Shown one piece after another: positions 49,981-63,500 of a stretch of 64,000 nt of DNA. The notes under the pieces were generated by a model. It was not told the origin of the DNA and did no database searches. It was given only the letters and a program-made list of their open reading frames with translations. Made by a program: the position numbers and the translations under genes. Within the stretch, counting starts at the first letter, position 1; each line of letters begins with the position of its first letter. Source of the stretch: Flaccisagitta enflata (taxonomy: Eukaryota); NCBI GenBank assembly GCA_965153355.1, contig OZ231126.1, forward strand, positions 13,826,001 through 13,890,000. The letters run 5' to 3'.

Positions 49981-52900
49981 TCTTGCCCGATTTTGATCGA
50001 TTTCGAGCCATCAAAGAAGAAACGACACGGACAGACTGATGGATGGACCGACGGACCCACAGATGGACAAAGCCTCATAGAAAAGCGACGATGCATCTAC
50101 AAATACAAGCATGTCAAGATACTGGCCATATTTGACCATTTTGGGTCCTTGAAGCCTGCAGGTAGGGCCCATAGGGAATCGTAAGCCTTCTCTTTTATTC
50201 CCATATAGCTCTCCTGCCCTAGATGATAGTGTCTGTTCAGAATGGCACTGAGTGGGGGAAGCAGGAAAGCGGCCTTGAAAACGACACAATCCTGTAGAAC
50301 ACATTGGGACTTTCATTCATTTGTCCGTTCTCCCATACATCCATAATTTGAGGCATCTTAGAGTGGAAATCTGGGAGGGATGATAAGGGGCTTGTTAGAG
50401 GCCTTAGCAGGCTCATTCAAGGCCTGAGAAGGCTGATTTGAGGCCTGATTTTAGTACTGAAAGAGCTGATTTGAGGCTTGAGAGGGCTGAATTGAGGCCC
50501 AATAGCCCTGAGAAGCCTAAGAAAGCCAATTTGAGGCCTGAGGGACCTGGTTTGATGCCTGAGAGGCACAATTTGAAGCCCTACAGGCCTGTTTGAGGAT
50601 TGTGAGACCTGATTTTAGCCCTGAGAGGCCCAATGGGGGGTGGGCAATTGGACAAACAAATTGATGACAGGACAGACGCTTGAACAAGTCCTTATGTGTT
50701 CAACAGGACTTCATTCCCTTCGGAGCCACTGCCCCAAAAAATTGCTGAAAATGCCAATATTTTGATCATTTATGATTGTTTTCGTCCTCTAGGGAACCCT
50801 AGATGGTCCCCCTTGGGGGTCCCCAGCCTTAATTTGTGCACCCCACCACCAGATGCACCAGATGATAGTATCTTAACATAAAAATTACAGCTCCATTAAC
50901 CTCTCAGGAGAAACCGTGGCAAAAAGCTCATTATTAATCATCATTTTAGCTATTTTGGGGAGCCACGAGGACCCCTAAAGGGGCCCCTAGGGGCTACGAT
51001 CATCTATTTCTTAAAACTTCATATTCTTTTTCTAAATAGTGTTCAAACCAGACCGATACCAAGGTTTTTCATCAATCCATTGAGTAGAAATAAAAATAAC
51101 AAGTTGAGTCATAAATCAAACAGTTCTACACATTTTCGCGATTTTCGCGCATCTTACCTCTTGCTTAAAACAAGTGGGCCCCTGGTGAAATAGATCATAA
51201 TGAGTATGAAAATCGTAATATCCATCTTCTAATACATTGATTTTGATGAAAAAATGATAACCACATGCTAATTCCAACCTAGGCAATCGACTCAACCTAG
51301 GCAATCGACCTTCTACCCTACATAAAGTGGCTAATTCAGGCCACAACAATAAAAGTTGAAAAATCCATGAATCTCATTTGCATATTGTGGTCAAATCGCG
51401 CGCAACTGAACCATGGCTCCATATGTACCAAAACTGTCATGGATTACTTCCTAAAGGTCTAAACCGTAATAAAAATCCCCAATGATAAAGGTGGAAGCAG
51501 TTTTCATCATTTCACTACAAATAAATGAACACATTGTGAAAAAAAAACTGAACATTTTCAATCATATGGCGACGACCTCATGAAAGCGGGATTTTTAAGC
51601 TAATCCCCTCAATTTTCAAAGGCCAATTTGACTGACTTAAACCTAATAGGAAAGCTTGAGATTAAACATAAGTACATCCATGCTACAACAATGAGGATCA
51701 ATATCAAAATTTCAAAGATGAGATATAGTAAATTTTCAGGATCATGGTGCGAAAAGTGAATGTAGTGATATAGCATATACCTTTTTTTCACTCAAAACAC
51801 TTCAAAATCCTAGCAGGTTAACCATTTTGGTTTTTGGCTCTGGTAACTTCCTCTTAATGTTTACTTTGGAAGAGTCTGCAGTAGATCCACCAAAAAAAAT
51901 CAATTAAGCGCTCAAAACGACTGTATCAGCTCAGTTCACGTATGATTCTCAGTAGTCTCGCCTTTATAGGGGGTTTTCAGTATTTTGGTGGTTTTGTCTA
52001 TGATAATAGGATAGTCAGAAAGGAAATGACACTGGAAAAAAAATTAGATTAAAAAAGTTCAGTGTTTTTGAAAATATAAACGTTTTGTTTTTAAGATGTG
52101 ATATATAATATATCATGTAAAATATAAATTTAATGAATTTTTTTTAGCATTTTTGGTGGTTAGTCATGGTAATGGATAGTGCACAGGAAAAATGACATTA
52201 GGAAAAAAGAATCAGGTCAAAAAACTGATTTTTTCTTAAGTTAGAAGCGATTTTTGCCTTTTTATAATATGATATTTATAAGTAAGAATGGACATGCTTA
52301 ATCAATGAATATTGACTTTAAAATTGAATATTTGAGTTATTTGAGTCCAAACCATCATAATTCAGTAAGACCAAAGATAGATTTGCAAATTTAAAGGAAA
52401 ACAATTACCCTAATGTTTATGTAGAGTCACCTGTTTTAAAGGGTGTAGAATAGAGGGAGAACCATTTCCTTTCCCTAACTTTAAGATGATATCTACGCAT
52501 CAACCAATACTTTTGAAACCTAGTAGGAGGGTCTGTTCATGGTTTAGGATGTGAGTGAACACATTGTGAAAAAAAAACTGAACATTTTTCAATCATATGG
52601 CCGTACGCTGAGACTCTGGAAGCAAGAAGAAAACCTGGGATTTTAAGCAAATCCCTCAGTGTACAAAAATAGTTGACTGACTTAAACCTATGGAAGCTTG
52701 AGAATTAAACATGAAGCTACATCACACATGCTAAAACACGGTGAGGATCAATATCAAAATTTCAAAAAGATCAGGCCTGGTAAATTCCATAAAGTTATGA
52801 ACGAAAAGTGAATGTAGTAATATAAACATACCTTTTTCACTCAAAAGCCTTCCAAAATCCGAAAAGGTTAACCATTTTGAGTTTTTGGCTCTGAGCGCTT

Positions 52901-54476
52901 CCTCTGTGTTTACTTTGAAAGAGTCTACCACAGAAAATATAGATCATAATCAAATTTAAGCATCAGCAGATTTGCAACTCCAGATTGTGTTACTGAGTTC
53001 TCCCAGCAGTCTCCGCCTTTATAAAGGGTTTAACATTTTGGGTGTTTATTACTGATATTAGATAATCAAAAGATACTAGGAAAAAAAATTGGGTCAAAAA
53101 GTTCTGTCGTTTTGAAAATATAAACTTTTTTGTCTTTTTAAGATGTGATATATAATGTATCATATGAAATATAAGTTACAATGAGTTTTTTTAGCATTTT
53201 GGGTGGTTGGTCAATGGTAATGGATAGTGCACAGGAAAAAATGACATTAGGAAAAAGAATCAGGTCAAAAAACTGATTTTTCATAAAGTTAGAAGCGATT
53301 TTTGCCTTTTTATAATATGATATCTTTAAGTAAGAATGGACATGCTTGATCAATGAATATTGACTTTAAAATTGAAAATTTGAGTTATTTGAGTCCAAAC
53401 CATCATAATTCAGTAAGACCAAAGATAGATTTGCAAATTTAAAGGAAAACAAACACCCTAATGTTTATGTAGAGTCACCTGTTTTTTCAAGGGTGTGGGA
53501 GTGAGAGGAGAACCATTTCTTCCTAACTGCAAAGATGATATCTAGCATCCAGCATGCTTTTGAAACCTAGTAGGAGGGTCTGTTCATAGATTAGGATGTG
53601 AAAAGACGGGCTTACTAGGCTGTAGTTGAGGTAAATTCTTCACTCACTTTCAGTCTCGTAGGGATTTTTATGACGGGTATGGGTCTTAGGAATGGAAGGA
53701 AATTCATTTGACATCAATACTGAAGGGTCTAGTTGCGCGCGATTTGACCGTAATATGCAAATGAGATTTCAATGATTTTTGAGATATATCAGTTAAACTG
53801 ACTAAAGCGATTTCCCTATGATATGAAATAAATGCATAATGCTGAAGTAAAATGTGTGCTACAAAATTTTTTGTCACTGTATACTTGCTGCAGAGGTTGG
53901 AGAAATGTACAGGTGTTTGTGGTGGACAAGGTGGAGGAGGAGGAGGAGGAAAGAGAAATGGTAAATATGCGTTTTTAGCAATTTTGGCCGGTTTCACTCT
54001 TTTCTGGGCAACAATGTGTTCAAAATGTTTCTCCTAGAGGTTGATGGGGAATGTATATTCATGTTAGAATAGTCACCTGGTGCTGAGGTACTCTAATCTA
54101 GTTTACAGGCCCGAGGAGCCCATTCAGAAGGCCCATTCAGGGAACCTAATGAACATAAGATAGTAAGAAATATTGGTAAAATATTGACAATGAAATGCCA
54201 AATCATCTTTTCAAATACTGTCATCTAGTAAAGGAGGACTATATGTGAATAAGAGTAAAGGCTTAGGACCCCTGATGGACCCTTTCAGATGGCTCAAATC
54301 ACCCAAAATGCCTACAAATAGCTAAAATTGGCCCAAAAATGGCCAAAAATGGCCAAAATCTTATCATTTGCTATGTCATTTTTTTCTAACGTTGATGGTC
54401 TGGTTCATTACACCTGCATGCTGGATATGGAATCTTAACTCCATTCATTCATTTGTTCATTCATTTATTCATTCCC
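48441..54476. repeat. Copy A of a ~6.0-kb tandem duplication (copy B starts at 54477)
   Basis: TCAATTATTCATTCACAA..TACGATAAGTGACTGAACTATA at 48441 and 54477; colinear homology with near-identical spurious ORFs (e.g. 50011/56091 and 50696/56777). Confidence 0.9.
51526..53601. repeat. Two ~1.03-1.05-kb macrosatellite units (noisy)
   Basis: Unit start (G)TGAACACATTGTGAAAAAAAAACTGAAC at ~51526 and 52555. Confidence 0.85.
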
Positions 54477-54716
54477 TCAATTATTCATTCACAATATATG
54501 AAATGATTTATACGATAAGTGACTGAACTATAAGCAGCCGCTGCTCACACTTAAAAAGGTCAAGGAACCTTAGTCGCGTGGTATCTAAGGTAATGAAGGT
54601 AATAAGGGTACTGATAATAACCTAAAATACCTATATTGATATCTATCTAAGAATATCTATCTTTATATACTCCTTTTCTTATTTTGTGGATGCGTTGAAC
54701 CCTCAAACAACTTTAT

Positions 54717-55193
54717 CAGTCTATGGACAAAACGAGGAGAGTAGATTTTGCTGATCACCGGTATGATGCTTAGGTGTAGTTTATTTTGAAATGTAGGCTT
54801 GTTATTACCTCATAGAAAATTACTGAGGACTGAAAGAAACTAACGGAAGAACGATTACTACAGGGAGGCTATGTGAAATCTTAAAAAGTATTTTTAATCA
54901 AAAGCAAATGTTGGCATTAAGTCGCCTCTGGGACTTGGGACCTCCATCTTGGAAAAGATTGACCCCCCTTTGGCCCCCCCGCAACTTAATGCCAACATTT
55001 TCTTTCAATAAAAAAGAAATTTCTTTCATGATTTTACATGGCCTCCCTGTAGTAATCGTTCTTGCTTTAGTTTTTTTTAGTTCTCAGTAATTCTCTCCGA
55101 GGTAATTACAAGCCTACATTATGAAATAAACTACGCCTAAGCATCATACCGGTGATCAGCAAAATCTACTCTCCTCGTTTTGTCCATAGACTG
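54717..55193. mobile_element. Second CAGTC..GACTG MITE family with TTAT TSD (garbled duplicate at 48681-~49118)
   Basis: TTAT|CAGTCTATGGACAAAACGAGGAGAGTAGATTTTGCTGATCACCGG... with ~70-bp TIRs ...GTCCATAGACTG|TTAT. Confidence 0.87.
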
Positions 55194-56003
55194 TTATTGC
55201 TAGATCAACTTGAGCTTCTGCCAGGATTGTTTTAAGAGAGCTGAAAAATCCTCATTTTGTAATTGTGTTGACAAAAGCAAAGTTTAAATGATAAATTAGG
55301 GGTGTCATTCCCACCCCTTTTGAATTGCACCGTATCCTTGCCACACAGAGAGAAGAATGGCGCCATTGGCCATTCTCTCATTTTATCGGTCTGATTAAAA
55401 TCTTTCTTGGAAATCATTTCTCTCCTAAAATTAGCTTCGCTTATTTAGACAGATAAATCATTAGATAGATTTTGCTCTGCTCACCCCAGAATGACGAGCC
55501 GTCCTCGCTCATTCTGGACTACAGAGGCAGCTAAACATGGTAGAGAGAAGGTAAATGAGGAAGCAACTCGCTGGTAAACCTCTACTCAATAAATTTTTAG
55601 GTGCGGACACGCACCTCTATAAGAGGCTTTGTCCATACCTCTGTCAGTCCATCCGTTTGTCCATGCATTGGTCTGTGTTGATCAAGTTGACCAAGTTGCA
55701 TTTTCAATGCTGCAGTTGTGATTGTCTGTGTGTGGTGTGGGCGAGGGTGTGAATGGGAGTTACAGATCCCTGCCCACCTATCTTCAACGATATTGTGACC
55801 CCCCGTTTTCACAGTGCCAGTTTCAAGTCTGGGATTGAAAGTGGAGCAAAGAGCTAAATTGATGATTTTACCATGAGTGAATAACATAATATATTAATCA
55901 ATAGATGATACAAAGAATGTAGGAATGAATCAGTCAATGAATTAATCAAGGCCGAAATTCGACCTATAGTTTCGTTCCTGCGACTGAGCTTTTTATTGTG
56001 CAT

Positions 56004-56060
<57 letters not shown>

Positions 56061-57585
56061 TCTTGCCCGATTTTGATCGATTTCGAGCCATCAAAGAAGA
56101 AACGACACGGACAGACTGATGGATGGACCGACGGACCCACAGATGGACAAAGCCTCATAGAAAAGCGACGATGCATCTACAAATACAAGCATGTCAAGAT
56201 ACTGGCCATATTTGACCATTTTGGGTCCTTGAAGCCTGCAGGTAGGGCCCATAGGGAATCGTAAGCCTTCTCTTTTATTCCCATATAGCTCTCCTGCCCT
56301 AGATGATAGTGTCTGTTCAGAATGGCACTGAGTGGGGGAAGCAGGAAAGCGGCCTTGAAAACGACACAATCCTGTAGAACACATTGGGACTTTCATTCAT
56401 TTGTCCGTTCTCCCATACATCCATAATTTGAGGCATCTTAGAGTGGAAATCTGGGAGGGATGATAAGAGGCTTGTTAGAGGCCTTAGCAGGCTCATTCAA
56501 GGCCTGAGAAGGCTGATTTGAGGCCTGATTTTAGTACTGAAAGAGCTGATTTGAGGCTTGAGAGGGCTGAATTGAGGCCCAATAGCCCTGAGAAGCCTAA
56601 GAAGGCCAATTTGAGGCCTGAGGGACCTGGTTTGATGCCTGAGAGGCACAATTTGAAGCCCTACAGGCCTGCTTGAGGATTGTGAGACCTGATTTTAGCC
56701 CTGAGAGGCCCAATGGGGGGGGGGGCAATTGGACAAACAAATTGATGACAGGACAGACGCTTGAACAAGTCCTTGTGTGTTCAACAGGACTTCATTCCCT
56801 TTGGAGCCACTGCCCAAAAAAATTGCTGAAAATGCCAATATTTTGATCATTTATGACTGTTTTGATCCTCTAGGGAACCCTAGATGGTCCCCCTTGGGGG
56901 TCCCCAGCCTTAATTTGTGTACCCCACCACCAGATGCACCAGATGATAGTATCTTAACATAAAAATTACAGCTCCATTAACCTCTCAGGAGAAACCGTGG
57001 CAAAAAGCTCATTATTAATCATCATTTAAGCTATTTTGGGGAGCCACGAGGACCCCTAAAGGGGCCCCTAGGGGCTACGATCATCTATTTCTTAAAACTT
57101 CATATTCTTTTTCTAAATAGTGTTCAAACCAGACCGATACCACGGTTTTTCATCAATCCATTGAGTAGAAATAAAAATAACAAGGTGAGTCATAAATCAA
57201 ACAGTTCTACACATTTTCGCGATTTTCGCGCATCTTACCTCTTGCTTAAAACAAGTGGGCCCCTGGTGAAATAGATCAAAATGAGTATAAAAATTGTAAT
57301 ATCCATCTTCTAATACATTAATTTTGATGAAAAAATGATAACCACATGCTAATTCCAACCTAGGCAATCGACCTTCTACCCTACATAAAGTGGCTAATTC
57401 AGGCCACAACAACAAAAGTTGAAAAATCCATGAATCTCATTTGCATATTGTGGTCAAATCGCGCGCAACTAGACCATCGAAATATGTACCAAAACTGTCA
57501 TGGATTACTTCCTAAAGGTCTAAACCGTAATAAAAATCCCCAATGATAAAGGTGGAAGCAGTTTTCATCATTTCACTACAGCCTA

Positions 57586-60500
57586 GTGAACACATTGTGA
57601 AAAAAAACTGAACATTTTTCAATCATATGGCCGAACGGCCTCTCGACAGGGAAAGCCTGGGATTTTTAAGCAAATCCCCTCAATTTTCAAAGGCCAATTT
57701 GACTGACTTAAACCTAATAGGAAAGCTTGAGATTAAACATAAGTACTACTCGACTCAAAAAAAAAGCCGCACCCTATTTTGAGTTAAAGAATAAGAAAAA
57801 AAAATTATTTGAAAATTTTTCTGTTAAAGTGATTTGAAAGATTTTTGAATTTTCTTTCATTCTAGACCAATCCCAGATCTGTATCTCAAACGGTTTAGGA
57901 GCTAGAGCTCTGCAAAGAAAAGCACTATTTTGGTAAAATGCACTTTTTTCATAGGGATTGCGAAACTGAAAAAGAGAACATTCTGACTCAAACTAATGCC
58001 ATTTCTAAACGAAAAAAGATAGCAATACCAGATTGGCGCCAAATGAAAGATCTTTTAAAGAGCTTTCTAATGGTCTAAGATTTTAATAAGTTTTTTTAAA
58101 ATTTAGTATGACAATTTGTCATTTAAAAGTGCGGCTTTTTTATTGAGTCGAGTAGTACATCCATGCTACAACACGGGGGATCAATATCAAAATTTCAAAG
58201 ATCAGGCCTGGTAAATTTTCAGGATTAACGAGCGAAAAGTGAATGTAGTAATATAGCATATACCTTTTTTTTCACTCAAAACGCTTCAAAATCCAAAAAG
58301 GTTAACCATTTTTGAGGGTTTTTTGGCTCTGAGCGCTTCCTCTTAATGTTTACTTTGGAAGAGTCTACCACAAGAAAATAGATCCCGCAAAAAAAATCAA
58401 ATTTAAGCGCTCAAACGACTGTGACTCAGTTACGACATGATTCTCCAGTAGTCTACGCCCTTTATAAGGGGGGTTTTTTCAGCATTTTGGGTGGTTTGTC
58501 TATGATAATGGATAGTCAAGAAGGGGAAATGACACTAGGAAAAAAAATTGGGTCAAAAAGTTCAATTGTTTTGAAAATATAAACGTTTTTGTCTTTTTAA
58601 GATGTGATATATAATATATCATATGAAATATAAGTTACAATGAATTTTTTTAGCATTTTGAGTGGTTGGTCAATGGTAATGGATAGTGCACAGGAAAAAA
58701 TGACATTAGGAAAAAGAATCAGGTCAAAAAACTGATTTTTTCTTAAGTAAGAAGCGATTTTTGCCTTTTTATAATATGATATTTATAAGTAAGAATGGAC
58801 ATGCTTAATCAATGAATATTGACTTTAAAATTGAATATTTGAGTTATTTGAGTCCAAACCATCATAATTCAGTAAGACCAAAGATAGATTTGCAAATTTA
58901 AAGGAAAACAAACACCCTAATGTTTATGTAGAGTCACCTGTTTTAAAGGGTGTAGAATAGAGGGAGAACCATGTCCTTTCCCTAACTTTAAGATGATATC
59001 TACGCATCAACCAATACTTTTGAAACCTAGTGGGAGGGTCTGTTCATAGTTTAGGATGTGAGTGAACACATTGTGAAAAAAAAACTGAACATTTTTCAAT
59101 CATATGGCCGTACGGCCTCTCGACAGGGAAAGCCTGGGATTTTTAAGCAAATCCCCTCAATTTTCAAAGGCCAATTTGACTGACTTAAACCTAATAGGAA
59201 AGCTTGAGATTAAACATAAGTACATCCATGCTACAACACGGCGGATCAATATCAAAATTTCAAAGATCAGGCCTGGTAAATTTTCAGGATTAACGAGCGA
59301 AAAGTAAATGTAGTAATATAGCATATACCCTTTTTTCACTCCAAACGCTTCAAAATCCAAATAGGTTAACCATTTTTGAGGTGTTCTTTGCTCTGAGCGC
59401 TTCCTCTTAATGTTTACTTTGGAAGAGTCTACCACAAGAAAATAGATCCCGCAAAAAAAATCAAATTTAAGCGCTCAAACGACTGTGACTCAGTTACGAC
59501 ATGATTCTCCAGTAGTCTACGCCCTTTATAAGGGGGGTTTTTTCAGCATTTTGGGTGGTTTGTCTATGATAATGGATAGTCAAGAAGGGGAAATGACACT
59601 AGGAAAAAAAATTGGGTCAAAAAGTTCAATCGTTTTGAAAATATAAGCGTTTTTGTCTTTTTAAGATGTGATATATAATATATCATATGAAATATAAGTT
59701 ACAATGAGTTTTTTTAGCATTTTGAGTGGTTGGTCAATGGTAATGGATAGTGCACAGGAAAAAATGACATTAGGAAAAAGAATCAGGTCAAAAAACTGAT
59801 TTTTTCTTAAGTTAGAAGCGATTTTTGCCTTTTTATAATATGATATTTATAAGTAAGAATGGACATGCTTAATCAATGAATATTGACTTTAAAATTGAAT
59901 ATTTGAGTTATCTGAGTCCAAACCATCATAATTCAGTAAGACCAAAGATAGATTTGCAAATTTAAAGGAAAACAAACACCCTAATGTTTATGTAGAGTCA
60001 CCTGTTTTAAAGGGGGGTTTTTTCAGCATTTTGGGTGGTTTGTCTATGGTAATGGATAGTCAAGAAGGGGAAATGACACTAGGAAAAAAAATTGGGTCAA
60101 AAAGTTCAATCGTTTTGAAAATATAAGCGTTTTTGTCTTTTTAAGATGTGATATATAATATATCATATGAAATATAAGTTACAATGAGTTTTTTTAGCAT
60201 TTTGAGTGGTTGGTCAATGGTAATGGATAGTGCACAGGAAAAAATGACATTAGGAAAAAGAATCAGGTCAAAAAACTGATTTTTTCTTAAGTTAGAAGCG
60301 ATTTTTGCCTTTTTATAATATGATATTTATAAGTAAGAATGGACATGCTTAATCAATGAATATTGACTTTAAAATTGAAAATTTGAGTTATCTGAGTCCA
60401 AACCATCATAATTCAGTAAGACCAAAGATAGATTTGCAAATTTAAAGGAAAACAAACACCCTAATGTTTATGTAGAGTAACCTGTTTTAAAGGGTGTAGA

Positions 60501-63500
60501 ATAGAGGGAGAACCATTTCCTTTCCCTAACTTTAAGATGATATCTACGCATCAACCAATACTTTTGAAACCTAGTGGGAGGGTCTGTTCATAGTTTAGGA
60601 TGTGAGTGAACACATTGTGAAAAAAAAACTGAACATTTTTCAATCATATGGCCGAACGGCCTCTCGACAGGGAAAGCCTGGGATTTTTAAGCAAATCCCC
60701 TCAATTTTCAAAGGCCAATTTGACTGACTTAAACCTAATAGGAAAGCTTGAGATTAAACATAAGTACATCCATGCTACAACACGGCGGATCAATATCAAA
60801 ATTTCAAAGATCAGGCCTGGTAAATTTTCAGGATTAACGAGCGAAAAGTGAATGTAGTAATATAGCTTATACCTTTTTTTCACTCAAAACGCTTCAAAAT
60901 CCGAAAAGGTTAACCATTTTTGAGGGTTTTTTGGCTCTGAGCGCTTCCTCTTAATGTTTACTTTGGAAGAGTCTACCACAAGAAAATAGATCCCGCAAAA
61001 AAAATCAAATTTAAGCGCTCAAACGACTGTGACTCAGTTACGACATGATTCTCCAGTAGTCTACGCCCTTTATAAGGGGGGTTTTTTCAGCATTTTGGGT
61101 GGTTTGTCTATGATAATGGATAGTCAAGAAGGGGAAATGACACTAGGAAAAAAAATTGGGTCAAAAAGTTCAATCGTTTTGAAAATATAAACGTTTTTGT
61201 CTTTTTAAGATGTGATATATAATGTATCATATGAAATATAAGTTACAATGAATTTTTTTAGCATTTTGAGTGGTTGGTCAATGGTAATGGATAGTGCACA
61301 GGAAAAAATGACATTAGGAAAAAGAATCAGGTCAAAAAACTGATTTTTTCTTAAGTAAGAAGCGATTTTTGCCTTTTTATAATATGATATTTATAAGTAA
61401 GAATGGACATGCTTAATCAATGAATATTGACTTTAAAATTGAATATTTGAGTTATTTGAGTCCAAACCATCATAATTCAGTAAGACCAAAGATAGATTTG
61501 CAAATTTAAAGGAAAACAAACACCCTAATGTTTATGTAGAGTCACCTGTAAGGGGGGTTTTTTCAGCATTTTGGGTGGTTTGTCTATGGTAATGGATAGT
61601 CAAGAAGGGGAAATGACACTAGGAAAAAAAATTGGGTCAAAAAGTTCAATCGTTTTGAAAATATAAGCGTTTTTGTCTTTTTAAGATGTGATATATAATG
61701 TATCATATGAAATATAAGTTACAATGAGTTTTTTTAGCATTTTGAGTGGTTGGTCAATGGTAATGGATAGTGCACAGGAAAAAATGACATTAGGAAAAAG
61801 AATCAGGTCAAAAAACTGATTTTTTCTTAAGTTAGAAGCGATTTTTGCCTTTTTATAATATGATATTTATAAGTAAGAATGGACATGCTTAATCAATGAA
61901 TATTGACTTTAAAATTGAATATTTGAGTTATTTGAGTCCAAACCATCATAATTCAGTAAGACCAAAGATAGATTTGCAAATTTAAAGGAAAACAAACACC
62001 CTAATGTTTATGTAGAGTCACCTGTTTTAAAGGGTGTAGAATAGAGGGAGAACCATTTCCTTTCCCTAACTTTAAGATGATATCTACGCATCAACCAATA
62101 CTTTTGAAACCTAGTGGGAGGGTCTGTTCATAGTTTAGGATGTGAGTGAACACATTGTGAAAAAAAAAACTGAACATTTTTCAATCATATGGCCGAACGG
62201 CCTCTCGACAGGGAAAGCCTGGGATTTTTAAGCAAATCCCCTCAATTTTCAAAGGCCAATTTGACTGACTTAAACCTAATAGGAAAGCTTGAGATTAAAC
62301 ATAAGTACATCCATGCTACAACACGGCGGATCAATATCAAAATTTCAAAGATCAGGCCTGGTAAATTTTCAGGATTAACGAGCGAAAAGTGAATGTAGTA
62401 ATATAGCATATACCTTTTTTTCACTCAAAACGCTTCAAAATCCAAAAAGGTTAACCATTTTTGAGGGTTTTTTGGCTCTGAGCGCTTCCTCTTAATGTTT
62501 ACTTTGGAAGAGTCTACCACAAGAAAATAGATCCCGCAAAAAAAATCAAATTTAAGCGCTCAAACGACTGTGACTCAGTTACGACATGATTCTCCAGTAG
62601 TCTACGCCCTTTATAAGAGGGGTTTTTTCAGCATTTTGGGTGGTTTGTCTATGATAATGGATAGTCAAGAAGGGGAAATGACACTAGGAAAAAAAATTGG
62701 GTCAAAAAGTTCAATCGTTTTGAAAATATAAACGTTTTTGTCTTTTTAAGATGTGATATATAATGTATCATATGAAATATAAGTTACAATGAGTTTTTTT
62801 AGCATTTTGAGTGGTTGGTCAATGGTAATGGATAGTGCACAGGAAAAAATGACATTAGGAAAAAGAATCAGGTCAAAAAACTGATTTTTTCTTAAGTTAG
62901 AAGCGATTTTTGCCTTTTTATAATATGATATTTATAAGTAAGAATGGACATGCTTAATCAATGAATATTGACTTTAAAATTGAATATTTGAGTTATTTGA
63001 GTCCAAACCATCATAATTCAGTAAGACCAAAGATAGATTTGCAAATTTAAAGGAAAACAAACACCCTAATGTTTATGTAGAGTTTTTTTCAGCATTTTGG
63101 GTGGTTTGTCTATGATAATGGATAGTCAAGAAGGGGAAATGACACTAGGAAAAAAAATTGGGTCAAAAAGTTCAATTGTTTTGAAAATATAAGCGTTTTT
63201 GTCTTTTTAAGATGTGATATATAATAAATCATATGAAATATAAGTTACAATGAGTTTTTTTAGCATTTTAGGTGGTTGGTCAATGGTAATGGATAGTGCA
63301 CAGGAAAAAATGACATTAGGAAAAAGAATCAGGTCAAAAAACTGATTTTTTCTTAAGTTAGAAGCGATTTTTGCCTTTTTATAATATGATATTTATAAGT
63401 AAGAATGGACATGCTTAATCAATGAATATTGACTTTAAAATTGAAAATTTGAGTTATTTGAGTCCAAACCATCATAATTCAGTAAGACCAAAGATAGATT

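Noticed and set aside
55125-55193. Apparent local inversion unique to duplication copy B
   Set aside because: It is the right TIR of the 54717-55193 MITE; copy A is simply garbled at that position.
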